A DNA stretch of 64,000 nucleotides from an uncultured Gemmatimonadales bacterium. Lineage in GTDB: Bacteria > Gemmatimonadota > Gemmatimonadetes > Longimicrobiales > RSA9. How positions within the stretch are numbered: position 1 is the first letter of the stretch; each line of letters starts with the position of its first letter. Shown here piece by piece: positions 20,310 through 28,580 of the stretch. Made by a program: the position numbers and the translations under genes. Where the stretch lies: the NCBI GenBank assembly GCA_963783305.1, contig CAWAMW010000002.1, positions 640,001 through 704,000 of the forward strand, written 5' to 3'. Under the pieces are notes generated by a model. It saw only the letters and a list, made by a program, of their open reading frames with translations. It searched no databases and had not been told where the DNA came from.

Positions 20310-21573
20310 TAACCGCAGCGGTCCCCCCTACCGGGTGGCGATCACGGGCATCGGGCCCATCACCGCGGTCGGTACCGGGCGCGATGCGCTGTGGGCGGGG
20401 CTCCGCGCCCGCCGCTCGCCCATCCGAACGGCAACCCGCTTCGACTCCTCGATCTGGAGGTCCCACCTCGCCGCAGAAGTGGACGACTTCGACCCCACCG
20501 ACTTCATGCACGCGAAGCAGGTCCGGCGTCTCGACCGGTTCATGCACTTCGCCATTGGATCCACCGCCCTCGCCCTCCAGGACGCCGGCCTCGACCCCTC
20601 CGACCCCGACCCCGACGGCGTGGCCGTGCAGTTCGGCTCCGCCCTGGGCGGCGTCGCGTACGCCGAGGAACAGGTGCGAAACCTGCTCACCGGCGGGATC
20701 CGGGCGGTCGACCCGCGCGTCGCCCTCACCACCTTCGGCGGCGCCGCCAGCTGCGGCGTGGCCATCGAGTTCGGCTTCACCGGCCCGAACGTCACCAACG
20801 CCATGTCCTGCGCGTCGGGCACCATCGCGGTGGGCGAGGCGTTCCGGCTCATTCGCGACGGGACCAGCGACATGGCTATCGCCGGCGGAGTGGAGGCGCC
20901 CCTCGCGCCCCTCTCCTTCGGTGCGTTCGCCATCATCCGCGCCATGAGCACCCGCAACGACGACCCGGAGCGCGCCTGCCGCCCCTTCGACCGCGACCGC
21001 GACGGTTTCGTCATGGGCGAGGGCGGCTGCTCGCTGGTCCTCGAGCGCTGGGAGCACGCCGTCGCACGCGGCGCCCGCATCTACGCGGAGCTTGCCGGCT
21101 ACGGCACCACCAATGATGCGCACCACATGACCGCCCCGCGCCCCGATGGCGCGCAGGCGGCCCGGGCCATGCGCCTCGCGCTCCGCTCGGCAGGCGCGGA
21201 CCCGGGGGAGGTGGATTATGTCAACACCCACGGCTCCTCCACCCCTCTAAACGACTCCACAGAGACCTTCGCCCTCAAACAGGTGCTCGGCGACCACGCC
21301 TATGACGTCGCCGTGAGCGGCACGAAGCCGTACCACGCCCACGCCCTCGGCGCTTCCGGCGCCATCGAGGTGGGGATCACCTGCCTCGCCCTCGAGCACG
21401 ACTGGATCCCACCCGTTCTCAATTTCGAGGATGGCGGCGCCGAATGTGACCTCGACTACGTCACCGGCGAGGGCCGCGACATCCGCGCCAACACATGCCT
21501 GTCGAATTCGTTCGGGTTCGGCGGGATCAACGCATCACTGGTCCTCCGCAGGCCCCGGCCCGACAACGGATGA
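20302..21573 (+). CDS. Beta-ketoacyl synthase, FabF / type II KS-like
   Basis: VAITGIG, catalytic SCASG, RPFDRDRDGFVMGEG, NTHGSST, HAHALGASG, SNSFGFGG (Cys-His-His intact). Confidence 0.92.
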   Translation: MADNRSGPPYRVAITGIGPITAVGTGRDALWAGLRARRSPIRTATRFDSSIWRSHLAAEVDDFDPTDFMHAKQVRRLDRFMHFAIGSTALALQDAGLDPSDPDPDGVAVQFGSALGGVAYAEEQVRNLLTGGIRAVDPRVALTTFGGAASCGVAIEFGFTGPNVTNAMSCASGTIAVGEAFRLIRDGTSDMAIAGGVEAPLAPLSFGAFAIIRAMSTRNDDPERACRPFDRDRDGFVMGEGGCSLVLERWEHAVARGARIYAELAGYGTTNDAHHMTAPRPDGAQAARAMRLALRSAGADPGEVDYVNTHGSSTPLNDSTETFALKQVLGDHAYDVAVSGTKPYHAHALGASGAIEVGITCLALEHDWIPPVLNFEDGGAECDLDYVTGEGRDIRANTCLSNSFGFGGINASLVLRRPRPDNG

Positions 21574-22553
21574 CCCCCCTCCTGATCGGGCAGATCCTGG
21601 GCGTTTCCTTCGCCTGCGGACTGAACCTGTACCTGACCGTGGCCGCCCTCGGGCTGCTCTCGAGGTTCGGCGTCCTGGAAGGGCTGCCGCCCGGGCTCCA
21701 CGGCCTCGAGGGCCTCATCGTCATCACCAGCGCCGTGCTGCTGTACCTCGTCGAGGCCGTCATCGACAAGGTCCCGCACGCAGACTCCCTCTGGGACACC
21801 GTCCACACCTTCATCCGCCCCCCCGCCGCTGCGCTCCTCGCGGTAGGGATCATGTGGGGCGCACCCGTCTCCCTCGTTGCCCCCGCCGCCGCCGGCGCGC
21901 TGGTCGTGGCCCTCCTTGCCCACGGCACTAAGGCCGGCATCCGCCTCGCGCTCAACACCGCGATGCGTGGCGGCCGTGCGTGGGTCAGCACCGGGGAGGA
22001 CCTGGTGGCCGTCGCGTTCGCCACCATGGCGTTTCTCGCCCCCGCCACCGCCCTCGTCAGCACCCTCACGGTCATCGCGCTCATCCTCCTCGTCGGCCCA
22101 CGCTACTGGCGCGCGTTCCGACTCGGTCTCCGCGCCATGTTCGCCTGGATACGGGCCCTTTTTGCACCGGCACGCTGGCGCGACGAGAACGAGCTGCCCG
22201 AGGGGGTTCGGAAGCTGCTGGGCACCACCCCTCTCGGCACGGCGCCGCCCCGGGGCGCGCGGGCTGCCATCCACGGAGCGCCCGGCGCGGGCGCCTACCG
22301 CAACGGCTGGCTCATCACCACCGAGCAGGGCCCCGTCTTCGTCTATCTCAGCCTGCTCGGGCATCGCCGGGTCGACCTGCCCCCCACGCGGCACGTGGAA
22401 GCCGATCCCGGGTTCTGGGCCGATGTCCTCCGCGTCCAGGGCGCGGGCGACGTGAGCTACCGCATCTACATGCTCAAGGATGGCCCCCCCGTCGAGGTGG
22501 CAATGCCGCACCTGGTCAAGAGCGCACCCGCACCCCCGCAGGAAACGACATGA
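21570..22553 (+). CDS. DUF4126-like membrane protein with C-terminal soluble extension
   Basis: SFACGLNLYLT, EAVIDKVPHADSLWDTVHTFIRP, HGTKAGIR, VSTGED; ATGA overlap. Confidence 0.75.
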   Translation: MTPLLIGQILGVSFACGLNLYLTVAALGLLSRFGVLEGLPPGLHGLEGLIVITSAVLLYLVEAVIDKVPHADSLWDTVHTFIRPPAAALLAVGIMWGAPVSLVAPAAAGALVVALLAHGTKAGIRLALNTAMRGGRAWVSTGEDLVAVAFATMAFLAPATALVSTLTVIALILLVGPRYWRAFRLGLRAMFAWIRALFAPARWRDENELPEGVRKLLGTTPLGTAPPRGARAAIHGAPGAGAYRNGWLITTEQGPVFVYLSLLGHRRVDLPPTRHVEADPGFWADVLRVQGAGDVSYRIYMLKDGPPVEVAMPHLVKSAPAPPQETT

Positions 22554-22888
22554 GCGTCGAAGAGTTCCGGAAGTTCAGAGAGCGGATGAATGAGAAAATC
22601 CTCGATTCGGGGAATCTCGAGATCAAGCGCTTCTTCGCCCTCGACACCCGCACGTACGAGGAGGGCTCCCTCGACACCCGCACGAAGGAGCTCCTGGGAC
22701 TCGTTGCCTCCCTGGTGCTCCGCTGCGACGACTGCATCACCTATCACCTCGCCCGCTGTGTCGAAGAGGGCGCGGCCGACGACGAGCTCTTCGAGACCTT
22801 CTCCGTTGGCCTGGTCGTGGGAGGGTCCATCGTCATTCCGCACCTGCGGCGGGCCGTGGCGACGCTGGAGGAGCTCCGCACCAGCTGA
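22550..22888 (+). CDS. Carboxymuconolactone decarboxylase / AhpD-like protein
   Basis: KELLGLVASLVLRCDDCITYH (CxxC), VVGGSIVIPHLR. Confidence 0.88.
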   Translation: MSVEEFRKFRERMNEKILDSGNLEIKRFFALDTRTYEEGSLDTRTKELLGLVASLVLRCDDCITYHLARCVEEGAADDELFETFSVGLVVGGSIVIPHLRRAVATLEELRTS

Positions 22889-22967
22889 TTTTACGAATAA
22901 TCGCCTTCCACCCATCGAGCGAACGGCCTTTAGTGGCGCGGTTGCTGGACGATCGGGACCGGGAGGG

Positions 22968-22996
22968 TTTACACAAAAATCCGTTTCGTCTATATT
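22968..22996 (+). promoter_or_regulatory. Sigma70-type promoter TTTACA-N17-TATATT
   Basis: Near-consensus hexamers with 17-nt spacer in an AT-rich patch about 150 nt upstream of the sigma gene. Confidence 0.65.
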
Positions 22997-23083
22997 GGGT
23001 CGGTCTGTAGGCCGAGCTCCTTCAACCGGCTTCCTGAGTGCGACTCACCGTACACAGTCCAGACAAAGTCCTTCTTTCGCTCT

Positions 23084-23122
23084 GCAGCGAGCGTCGCACG
23101 CCGACGGTGCTCGCTGCTTTTT
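23084..23122 (+). terminator. Terminator-like hairpin within the leader of the sigma gene (possible attenuator)
   Basis: GCAGCGAGC...GCTCGCTGC stem followed by TTTTT, ending 25 nt before ATG 23148. Confidence 0.55.
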
Positions 23123-23147
23123 CGTCTCCGCACAAAGGCTCTACTCT

Positions 23148-24008
23148 ATGTTCGTGAACTCCCGGGCGACGGATTCCTTCGATCAGTACCTGTTCGATGT
23201 CGAGAAGTACCCACTCATCGAAGACCCCATGGAGGAGCGGGCGCTGGCCGCCCGGGCCCGTGAAGGGGACAAGGAAGCGGCCGAGCGGCTCGTGACGGCG
23301 AACCTCCGGTTCGTGATCTCCTACGTCAAGAAGTACCAGGGCCGCGGCCTCGGCCTCGCCGAGCTGGTCTGCATCGGGAACGAGGGCCTGCTCAAGGCCG
23401 TCAAGAAATTCGACCCGGAGAAGGGCGTCAAGTTCATCTCCTACGCCGTCTGGTGGATCCGTCAGACCGTGCTCCAGGCGCTCGCCGAGCAGACCCGCTC
23501 CGTCCGGATCCCGCTCAACCAGAACTCGAACCTGGTCAAGCTCTCCCGTACGGAGACGGCGCTCACCCAGCTCCTCGGACGGTCTCCCACTGACCAGGAG
23601 ATCGCCGAGCACATGGAGGAGCCGATCGAGACGGTCCGGGCGCTCCGCCGCGTAGCCGCCTCCGAGCTCTCGCTCGACGCCCCCATCGATCGGGGTGACC
23701 GGGACAGCGCCAGCTTCGGGGAGCGCTTCGCTGGCGCGGAGAGCGGTGACATCGAGGAGGGCGTGGAGTCACAGGCGCGCCGCGAGTTCCTCGACCGCAT
23801 GTTCGAGAAATACCTGACCGAGCGGGAGCGGAAGATCCTCTACCTGTACTACGGCCTGGATGACGGTGAGGAGCGCACGCTCGAGGAGATCGGCTCTCTC
23901 CTCGGTGTCACCCGCGAGCGGATCCGGCAGATCCGCAATCGCGCTTTCGAGAAGCTGCGTGAAAGCGCCGACGGCGACGCTCTCTCCACCTTCTGGGCCG
24001 CCGAGTAG
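23148..24008 (+). CDS. RNA polymerase sigma70 factor, second short RpoD/SigA-like paralogue
   Basis: ANLRFVISYVKKYQGRG, GNEGLLKAVKKFD, KFISYAVWWIRQT, TLEEIGSLLGVTRERIRQI. Confidence 0.93.
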   Translation: MFVNSRATDSFDQYLFDVEKYPLIEDPMEERALAARAREGDKEAAERLVTANLRFVISYVKKYQGRGLGLAELVCIGNEGLLKAVKKFDPEKGVKFISYAVWWIRQTVLQALAEQTRSVRIPLNQNSNLVKLSRTETALTQLLGRSPTDQEIAEHMEEPIETVRALRRVAASELSLDAPIDRGDRDSASFGERFAGAESGDIEEGVESQARREFLDRMFEKYLTERERKILYLYYGLDDGEERTLEEIGSLLGVTRERIRQIRNRAFEKLRESADGDALSTFWAAE

Positions 24009-24086
24009 TTCGACCGGGTACACGGTGCGGGCCTCCCACAGACGGCCCGCCTCGCACGAAGGCGCTGAGCGCGTCGGAGGGTAGCG

Positions 24087-24122
24087 GGAACCCGCCAGGT
24101 CCACCTGGCGGGTTCCTTTTTT
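24087..24122 (+). terminator. Rho-independent terminator
   Basis: GGAACCCGCCAGG-TCCA-CCTGGCGGGTTCC followed by T6, downstream of the sigma gene. Confidence 0.85.
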
Positions 24123-24168
24123 GCGCCTCGTCCCCAGCCGTCTCACCGCTCAGGAGCGTGGCGGGCGA

Positions 24169-24561
24169 TCACGCCTCCACCAGCTCGTCGCTTTCCGCCG
24201 TATCCAGTGCGGTGCCGCTCAGGTTCCGGCCGGAAGCGGAGCCCAGCATGACCAGCTCCCGGACGACCACATCGGAGGTGGGGATCGTGACGCCATCCCG
24301 CTCGTAGGAATCGTACTGCATCCGGCCCTCGATGTAGAGGCGATCACCCTTCCGGATGTACTCCTCGGCCAGTTCCGCCAGCCGATCCCAGACGGTGATC
24401 CGGTGCCACTCCGTCCGCTCCTCGAACCCGCTCTCCCGCGGGATCCGCCGACTCGTGGCCAGCGAGAAGTGGGCGACCTTGTGCCCGTTGGTCGTGGACT
24501 GCACCTCCGGGTCGCGCCCTACGTTCCCCACGAGGATCAACTTGTTCACCGATCGCGCCAT
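24169..24561 (-). CDS. ssb: Single-stranded DNA-binding protein
   Basis: SVNKLILVGNVGRDPE, ERTEWHRI, KGDRLYIEGR; short tail without the usual DIPF end. Confidence 0.92.
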   Translation of the reverse strand: MARSVNKLILVGNVGRDPEVQSTTNGHKVAHFSLATSRRIPRESGFEERTEWHRITVWDRLAELAEEYIRKGDRLYIEGRMQYDSYERDGVTIPTSDVVVRELVMLGSASGRNLSGTALDTAESDELVEA

Positions 24562-24682
24562 CTGTACCTCCCTGCACGGGTTGTGGCCCCGTCGATCGGG
24601 GCCGGTCAACCACAGGGATAGCTGTCCGGCCGGGGCAGGACGATAGCGCGACCGGACAGTCTCCGGATGGCCCGACTTCGCC

Positions 24683-27433
24683 TCACTTGCACTCGTACCA
24701 GCTCGACCCCGTCCCGACCTCGACGCGGAGCGGTACATCGAGCTCGAAGGCGCCCTCCATGAGCTCCGTGATCAGCGCCTCCACTTCTTCCACCGACGAC
24801 TCCGGCGTTTCGAAGAGCAGGTCGTCGTGGACCTGGAGCAGCATGCGGGTCCCATCACCGCGCCCCGCGAGCGCCTCCCGGATATCGATCATCGCGATCT
24901 TGATGATGTCCGCGGCGCTCCCCTGTACGGGCGCGTTCGTGGCCGCCCGCTCCCCGAACTGCCGTATGTTGTAGTTCCTGCTCTTCACCTCGGGGATGTA
25001 GCGCCTGCGGCCGGCCAGCGTCTCCACGTATCCCGCCTCATACGCCTTCTCGATCTGCTCGTCCAGGTATTTCCGTACCTGCGGCAGACGCTCGAAGTAG
25101 TTGTCGATAAAGGTCTTGGCCTCCTGCACGCTGGTCCCCAGCTGCTTCGACAACGCGTACGGACCGATCCCGTAGATGGTGGCGAAGTTGATGGTCTTGG
25201 CCGCGTCCCGCATCTGCGGCGTGACATCCCCGGCCTCCACTTCGAAGACCAGCGCAGCGGTCTCACGGTGGATGTCGGCGCCCGACCGGAACGCCCGTGT
25301 GAACGTCTCGTCGCCGGACAGATGAGCGAGGACGCGCAACTCGATCTGGGAGTAGTCGGCCGCGACGAACCGGAACCCGTCCGCGGGCACGAACCCCTTC
25401 CGGAGCTCGGCTCCGAGCTGGGTGCGGATGGGGATGTTCTGCAGGTTCGGGTCGCTGGAGCTCAGTCGGCCCGTGGCGGCCACGGCCTGGTTGAAGCTCG
25501 TGTGGATGCGGCCCGTGCGGCGGTCTACCAGCTGCGGCAGCGCGTCGACGTACGTGTTCTTCAGCTTGTCGAGCTGCCGGTACTCCAGGATCAGCGTGGG
25601 GATCCGGTGTCCCTGCTCCGCCAGCTCCTCGAGCACCGTGGCATCCGTCGATGGGCCGGTCTTGGTCTTCTTGAGGACGGGCAGCTCCAGCTTTTCGAAC
25701 AGCACCTCCCGGAGCTGCGGAGTCGAGTTGATATTGAACTCTTCTCCCGCCTCCTTGTAGATGTCGCTCTCGATGAGCCGGAGGTCACGCTCCAGCTTCG
25801 CCGACACCTCCCGGAAGAACGGCACATCGATCCCGATCCCCGCCCGCTCCATCTCCGCCAGCACCGGGATCAGCGGCATCTCCACGTCGCGGAAAAGCCG
25901 CTCCAGGTGGTACTCCGGCAGCTCCCTCGCCAGACGCTGTTCGAGCCGGAGCGCGAGGTCGGCCTTCTCGCAGGCGAAATCGCGCACCGCCTCGATGGCG
26001 CACTCCACCACCGGTGTCTCGCTGCGCCCCTTCCCGCACAGGTCCTCCCGGCTCGTGGCGCTGTGGCCGAGGCGCTGGAGCGCCAGCGAGTCCAGCTCGT
26101 GCTCTCGTCGTCCGGGCTCGATCAGGTAGGAGGCCACCATGACGTCGAAGTCGAGTCCCTTCAGCGCCGGTCCGATTCGACCCAGGGCCAGCAACGCATA
26201 CTTCAGGTCGTGCCCGACCTTGCGGATCGACGGGTCCTCCAGCACCTCGACCAGCGCCGCCAGCTCGGGGCCGTCCAGGGCGGGTAGGTTCAGCCCCTCG
26301 TGGTCGCCCAGGTCCAGCTCCCCGGGGCGGCGATGCGCCAGCGGCAGGTACCACGCCTTCCCCGGCTCGAGCCCCACGGCCAGCCCCGCCACCTCCGCCC
26401 GCAGCGGCGCACTCGCGGACCCCACGACGTGGAGACTCATGACACCCCGCTCACGAATCTCCCCCGCCAGCTCCCGCACATCCGCCACGCCCGTCGCCAC
26501 CCGGTAGTCCGAGGCGAGCTGCTCCGTCTCCGGCTCGGGCGCGGCGATCTCCCGCACCAGTCCGTGGAACTCCAACTCCACGAACAGCTCCTTGAGGCGA
26601 TCACTGTCCGGTTCGCTCACCGCGAGCGCGGCCAGGTCGAGCTCGACCGGCAGGTCGCGCATGATCGTGACCAGCTTCTTCGACAGCACGACCTCATCGC
26701 GGTACTCCAGGAGCGCCTCCCGTGCCCGCTTCCCGCTCACTTCCCCGGCCTTCTCCAGGATCGCTTCCACCCCGCCGTACTTCTCGATCAGCTTGATCGC
26801 CGTTTTCGGGCCGATCCCGCGCGCGCCCGGAACGTTGTCGCTGCTGTCTCCGATGAGGGCGAGATAGTCGCAGACGTGCTCGGGCGGGACGCCCAGGCGC
26901 TCCGCCGCGTTGGCCATGCCCACCCACTCCTCGTCCACATTCGCCTGACCGCCCCGGCCGGGGTTCAACAGCGCGACCCGGCCATCGATCAGCTGATAGA
27001 AGTCCTTGTCGCCCGAGACGATGACGGTGTCCACGTCCGAGTCGCTCGCCAGCCGGGCGAGGGTACCGATGACGTCATCGGCCTCGTGGTCTGCGAGCTC
27101 CAGGATCGGGATACGGAACGCCTCCACCAGGTCGCGGATCCGGGGCAGCGAGGAGCGCAGCTCGTCGGGCATCTTCTCCCGTGTCGCCTTGTACTCCGCG
27201 TACATCTCCGTCCTCAGGCTCGTCCCCGCGTCCATCACCACACCGAGGTAATCCGGGTCGTAGTCCTTGAGCAGCTTCAGCAGGAAACGCGTGAGGCCGA
27301 AGGCGGCCGATGTATTCTCGCCCTTGGACGTGGTGAGCGGACGGCTGATCATGGCGAAGAACGCACGATAGATCAGTGCGTAGCCATCGATCAGGAACAG
27401 GCGCGGTCGGGTCTTCTCTGGCAGATCTACCAT
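24683..27433 (-). CDS. polA: DNA polymerase I
   Basis: 5'-exonuclease LIDGYALIYRAFFA, EADDVIGT, SGDKD; polymerase TGRLSSSDPNLQNIP, DYSQIELR, AKTINF, LLQVHD. Confidence 0.97.
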   Translation of the reverse strand: MVDLPEKTRPRLFLIDGYALIYRAFFAMISRPLTTSKGENTSAAFGLTRFLLKLLKDYDPDYLGVVMDAGTSLRTEMYAEYKATREKMPDELRSSLPRIRDLVEAFRIPILELADHEADDVIGTLARLASDSDVDTVIVSGDKDFYQLIDGRVALLNPGRGGQANVDEEWVGMANAAERLGVPPEHVCDYLALIGDSSDNVPGARGIGPKTAIKLIEKYGGVEAILEKAGEVSGKRAREALLEYRDEVVLSKKLVTIMRDLPVELDLAALAVSEPDSDRLKELFVELEFHGLVREIAAPEPETEQLASDYRVATGVADVRELAGEIRERGVMSLHVVGSASAPLRAEVAGLAVGLEPGKAWYLPLAHRRPGELDLGDHEGLNLPALDGPELAALVEVLEDPSIRKVGHDLKYALLALGRIGPALKGLDFDVMVASYLIEPGRREHELDSLALQRLGHSATSREDLCGKGRSETPVVECAIEAVRDFACEKADLALRLEQRLARELPEYHLERLFRDVEMPLIPVLAEMERAGIGIDVPFFREVSAKLERDLRLIESDIYKEAGEEFNINSTPQLREVLFEKLELPVLKKTKTGPSTDATVLEELAEQGHRIPTLILEYRQLDKLKNTYVDALPQLVDRRTGRIHTSFNQAVAATGRLSSSDPNLQNIPIRTQLGAELRKGFVPADGFRFVAADYSQIELRVLAHLSGDETFTRAFRSGADIHRETAALVFEVEAGDVTPQMRDAAKTINFATIYGIGPYALSKQLGTSVQEAKTFIDNYFERLPQVRKYLDEQIEKAYEAGYVETLAGRRRYIPEVKSRNYNIRQFGERAATNAPVQGSAADIIKIAMIDIREALAGRGDGTRMLLQVHDDLLFETPESSVEEVEALITELMEGAFELDVPLRVEVGTGSSWYECK

Positions 27434-27465
27434 CCAACTCTTCGTCTCGGGGAACACGGCGCAGA

Positions 27466-27495
27466 ATTCTACCCCGGACCCGCGCCGGGGTGCAA
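27466..27495 (-). promoter_or_regulatory. Putative polA promoter TTGCAC-N18-TAGAAT
   Basis: Minus-strand hexamers at 27490-27495 and 27466-27471. Confidence 0.5.
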
Positions 27496-27497
27496 CG

Positions 27498-27530
27498 AAA
27501 ACGCCCCGCCACCCGAGGGGTGGCGGGGCG
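27498..27530 (-). terminator. Rho-independent terminator after csp
   Basis: CGCCCCGCCACCC-loop-GGGTGGCGGGGCG followed by TTTT on the minus strand. Confidence 0.8.
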
Positions 27531-27551
27531 CCTGGTCGCCGGCATGCCGGC

Positions 27552-27884
27552 TCAGAGGTTGTCCATCATCTCCAGCTCTTCGGGCGGCGCGACTTCCGCC
27601 GCCACCAACTCCTCGGTGTCGATCGCATCGCCCAGGAGCGGCTCCGCGGCATCCGGCGCCTCCAGCGCATCGGCCCCGGCACCTTCGCCACGCTGGACAT
27701 TCGCCGCCTGCAGGCCCTTGTCTGTCTCGCGGACTTCGAAGTCGACTTCCTCTCCTTCGGCCAGGGTCTTGAACCCCTCCATGGAGATCGCCGAGAAATG
27801 GACGAAGACATCTTCCCCGTCCGGCTGCTCAATGAACCCATATCCCTTCGAGTCATTGAACCACTTCACCTTACCTCTCGCCAT
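27552..27884 (-). CDS. Cold-shock domain protein with acidic C-terminal extension
   Basis: [15 protein letters not shown] (RNP1), DVFVHFSAI (RNP2), GLQAANV; GGAGG RBS. Confidence 0.93.
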   Translation of the reverse strand: MARGKVKWFNDSKGYGFIEQPDGEDVFVHFSAISMEGFKTLAEGEEVDFEVRETDKGLQAANVQRGEGAGADALEAPDAAEPLLGDAIDTEELVAAEVAPPEELEMMDNL

Positions 27885-27936
27885 GAAACCGCCTCCTAAC
27901 CAAGGGTCTGCCACAGCTACTCCGCCAGCATTGACC

Positions 27937-27966
27937 AAGGTAAGGAGCCCAATTCCAGAGCGTCAA
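27937..27966 (-). promoter_or_regulatory. Putative csp promoter TTGACG-N18-TACCTT with a T-rich upstream tract
   Basis: Minus-strand hexamers at 27961-27966 and 27937-27942. Confidence 0.5.
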
Positions 27967-28568
27967 GAAAAAAATGTCACGCCAGTGGCAAGGCCGGTGA
28001 CCTGGACGGCGGCGGCCGTGGCCATCGGAAGGTAGAGGTTGTCATCCACGGGGAGGGTCAGCGCCTCGATGCCGGTAAGACCGATTGCGAGCATAACCGC
28101 TCCGGGAGCGGGCAGTCCCGGCAGGAGCAGTGACAGCGGCAGAACCACGGCGAGGAACCCCAGGCTGCCCTCCACGCTCTTGCCCCCCGGGTACCGGTGT
28201 CTGCCGAAGCGCCTCCCCACCACCGCGGCCACCGCATCGGCCCCGCCGGCCACGAGGATCCCCGCGAGCGCCGGTACACCGGGGAAGGCGACCACTGCGG
28301 TGGTGTACCCCAGCGCCAGGGTCGTGGCGCCCGTCAGACGACCGCCCTCGCCCGAACGGAGCAGATGCCCCAGATGACGGTCGAACAACGAGGCGGTCGA
28401 ACGGGTGGCTCGCCGCGCCAGCTCCACGCCCAGCGCCAGGAATGTTGCCGCCGCGAAAGTCGTCGCGGCCGCGAGTGGCGGGAGCTGCCAGACCACGGCG
28501 GCGGCCACCAGCGACACCAGCAGGTGGACGGATTTCCGAGTCGCTTCTCCGCGGACGCTGGTGGTCAT
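27963..28568 (-). CDS. Phytol/dolichol kinase-like (cytidylyltransferase family) membrane protein
   Basis: RKSVHL, ADAVAAVVGRRFG, KSVEGSLGF, DDNLYLP. Confidence 0.8.
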   Translation of the reverse strand: MTTSVRGEATRKSVHLLVSLVAAAVVWQLPPLAAATTFAAATFLALGVELARRATRSTASLFDRHLGHLLRSGEGGRLTGATTLALGYTTAVVAFPGVPALAGILVAGGADAVAAVVGRRFGRHRYPGGKSVEGSLGFLAVVLPLSLLLPGLPAPGAVMLAIGLTGIEALTLPVDDNLYLPMATAAAVQVTGLATGVTFFS

Positions 28569-28580
28569 GGCTCGCCGACG

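Noticed and set aside
20302..21573. Calling the KS gene fabF or a type II PKS KS-alpha outright
   Set aside because: No ACP, CLF or fab neighbours, and the motifs deviate from both; left without a gene symbol pending phylogeny
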